Positions 62,935-64,000 of a stretch of 64,000 nucleotides of DNA are shown here, piece after piece. Numbering within the stretch: the first letter of the stretch is position 1; every line of letters begins with the position of its first letter. This DNA is from a virus. Lineage: Duplodnaviria > Caudoviricetes. The position numbers and the translations under genes are program-made. Location: IMG/VR virus record IMGVR_UViG_3300028797_000093; one strand, 5' to 3'. Under the pieces are notes generated by a model. The model was not told the DNA's origin, made no database searches, and saw only the letters and a program-made list of their open reading frames with translations.

Positions 62935-63191
62935 TGGATGACTATACGAATCCTTTAATTGATGTATCTGAAACTGAAGCATTCATAGCTTCTAATATTG
63001 CTAAGATGAGAATATCAGAAATTAGAAGTAGTCAGCATCTGACAAAGAAAGCTTTAGCTGAATTAAGTGGATTATCTGAGAAGTCTATAGCTTTTATAGA
63101 GAATCCTAAGGGTAATCCTACATTTAACTCTATGCAGAGATATCTTAATGCTTTAGGATGGGAAATGGTATTTAAAAGAAAAGAGGATTAA
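62934..63191 (+). CDS. XRE-family helix-turn-helix protein
   Basis: IRSSQHLTKKALAELSGLSEKSIAFIEN..GNPT...YLNALG. Confidence 0.88.
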   Translation: MDDYTNPLIDVSETEAFIASNIAKMRISEIRSSQHLTKKALAELSGLSEKSIAFIENPKGNPTFNSMQRYLNALGWEMVFKRKED

Positions 63192-63196
63192 GATAT

Positions 63197-63457
63197 ATGA
63201 GAGGTTCATTATATAAGACTGATAAGTATCTAGAACCTTGTCCTATATGTGGAAGACTTCCTAAATTATATGTAGAAAGATTGGGTGGTGGATGGGGATC
63301 TTGGTGTACTATAGTATGCAAGAAACCTCTTAGAAAACCACATCTAAAAATAGAAGAAGGAAAAGCTCAATATAGAAGAGCTATTGAGTATGCTATAGAA
63401 GACTGGAATAAGACTTGTTATGAATATAGAAAGAGGAATAAAAATAATGAAAAATAG
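63197..63457 (+). CDS. Lar-like (restriction alleviation family) zinc-binding protein
   Basis: LEPCPICG ... AIEDWN pattern. Confidence 0.6.
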   Translation: MRGSLYKTDKYLEPCPICGRLPKLYVERLGGGWGSWCTIVCKKPLRKPHLKIEEGKAQYRRAIEYAIEDWNKTCYEYRKRNKNNEK

Positions 63458-63653
63458 AATAATGTGCATTAGAATCTATAATGATCCAGAAATAGTTAAT
63501 ATTACCAGAGTTGATATTAAATTTACTGATCATACAGAATCTAATTTTATTAATTGGAGTCAGAAAGAACAAAGAGAGAAAATTCTCAAACAAATAGAAG
63601 AGTTTACTATTATTTATGATGAAAGAATCAAGAAACCGTTTAACGATGTTTAA
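63447..63653 (+). CDS. Small hypothetical protein
   Basis: GAGG RBS before MKNRIM, overlapping the previous stop. Confidence 0.6.
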   Translation: MKNRIMCIRIYNDPEIVNITRVDIKFTDHTESNFINWSQKEQREKILKQIEEFTIIYDERIKKPFNDV

Positions 63654-63669
63654 ATAATGGAGGATATGT

Positions 63670-64000
63670 ATGAGCGAAGATATTACTTCAATAATGAAAG
63701 GTATCATAAATAAGTCTATATCTAATATTATACTTGATCCTTCAATAATATCTAGTATTATATGGAATTATTTTAAAGACAATAATAATATCTATATTGG
63801 AAAGTTCCTCCATAAAAATAGAGAAAGCAAAGAAGTATCAGCATTCTATAGTGGTGAATTCATCATTATAGATAAGTATACATTTGTTAATGAGAATATA
63901 TACTACGATGTGTATATAAGATACTTTGTTGATGAGCATGATAATCTAGTTATTAGAGATAAGGTTATACTTATCATTGATACAATGACTGTTACTATTC
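63670..64000 (+). CDS. Hypothetical protein (partial, runs off window)
   Basis: GGAGG RBS then MSEDITSIMKG..., open to the window end. Confidence 0.65.
   Translation, partial: MSEDITSIMKGIINKSISNIILDPSIISSIIWNYFKDNNNIYIGKFLHKNRESKEVSAFYSGEFIIIDKYTFVNENIYYDVYIRYFVDEHDNLVIRDKVILIIDTMTVTI

Noticed and set aside
1-64000. Stop-codon reassignment, tRNA genes, or a reverse transcriptase in this window
   Set aside because: Long genes are intact in the standard code with TAA, TAG and TGA all used as stops; no cloverleaf and no RT-like ORF was recognised by eye.

Overview
This is an AT-rich segment of a jumbo phage of the phiKZ/AR9(PBS1)-like type, probably infecting a Bacillota host (strong GGAGG RBSs, CHAP and tail-lysozyme domains). 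Core genes include a GroEL-like chaperonin, a family B DNA polymerase subunit interrupted by an ORF-less group I intron (7804-8198), and split multisubunit RNA polymerase beta and beta' chains. Also present are a prohead protease, a 2814-aa tail protein with three hydrolase domains, baseplate/virion proteins, RusA, a 5'-3' exonuclease, a PC4-like protein, dCTP deaminase and a Nudix hydrolase. The most striking element is three dispersed tandem arrays (6+5+7 = 18 units of about 140-165 bp) of gene fragments with no start codon or RBS, each array placed just behind a terminator. Each unit is a different variant of a C-type-lectin-like variable region of a diversity-generating retroelement (DGR), with the NNY codon signature of adenine mutagenesis, a constant GC-rich IMH-like 3' end and mosaic sharing between arrays. 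They look like a silent library of diversified receptor-binding tips; no reverse transcriptase, template repeat or full target gene lies in this window. The window also holds a five-copy promoter-hairpin-RBS cassette driving about 60-aa paralogous microproteins, AR9-type AACA-N6-TA late promoters (hinting at uracil-DNA), and three candidate late small RNAs with anti-Shine-Dalgarno-like tracts. All assignments come from motif recognition by eye; no searches were run.
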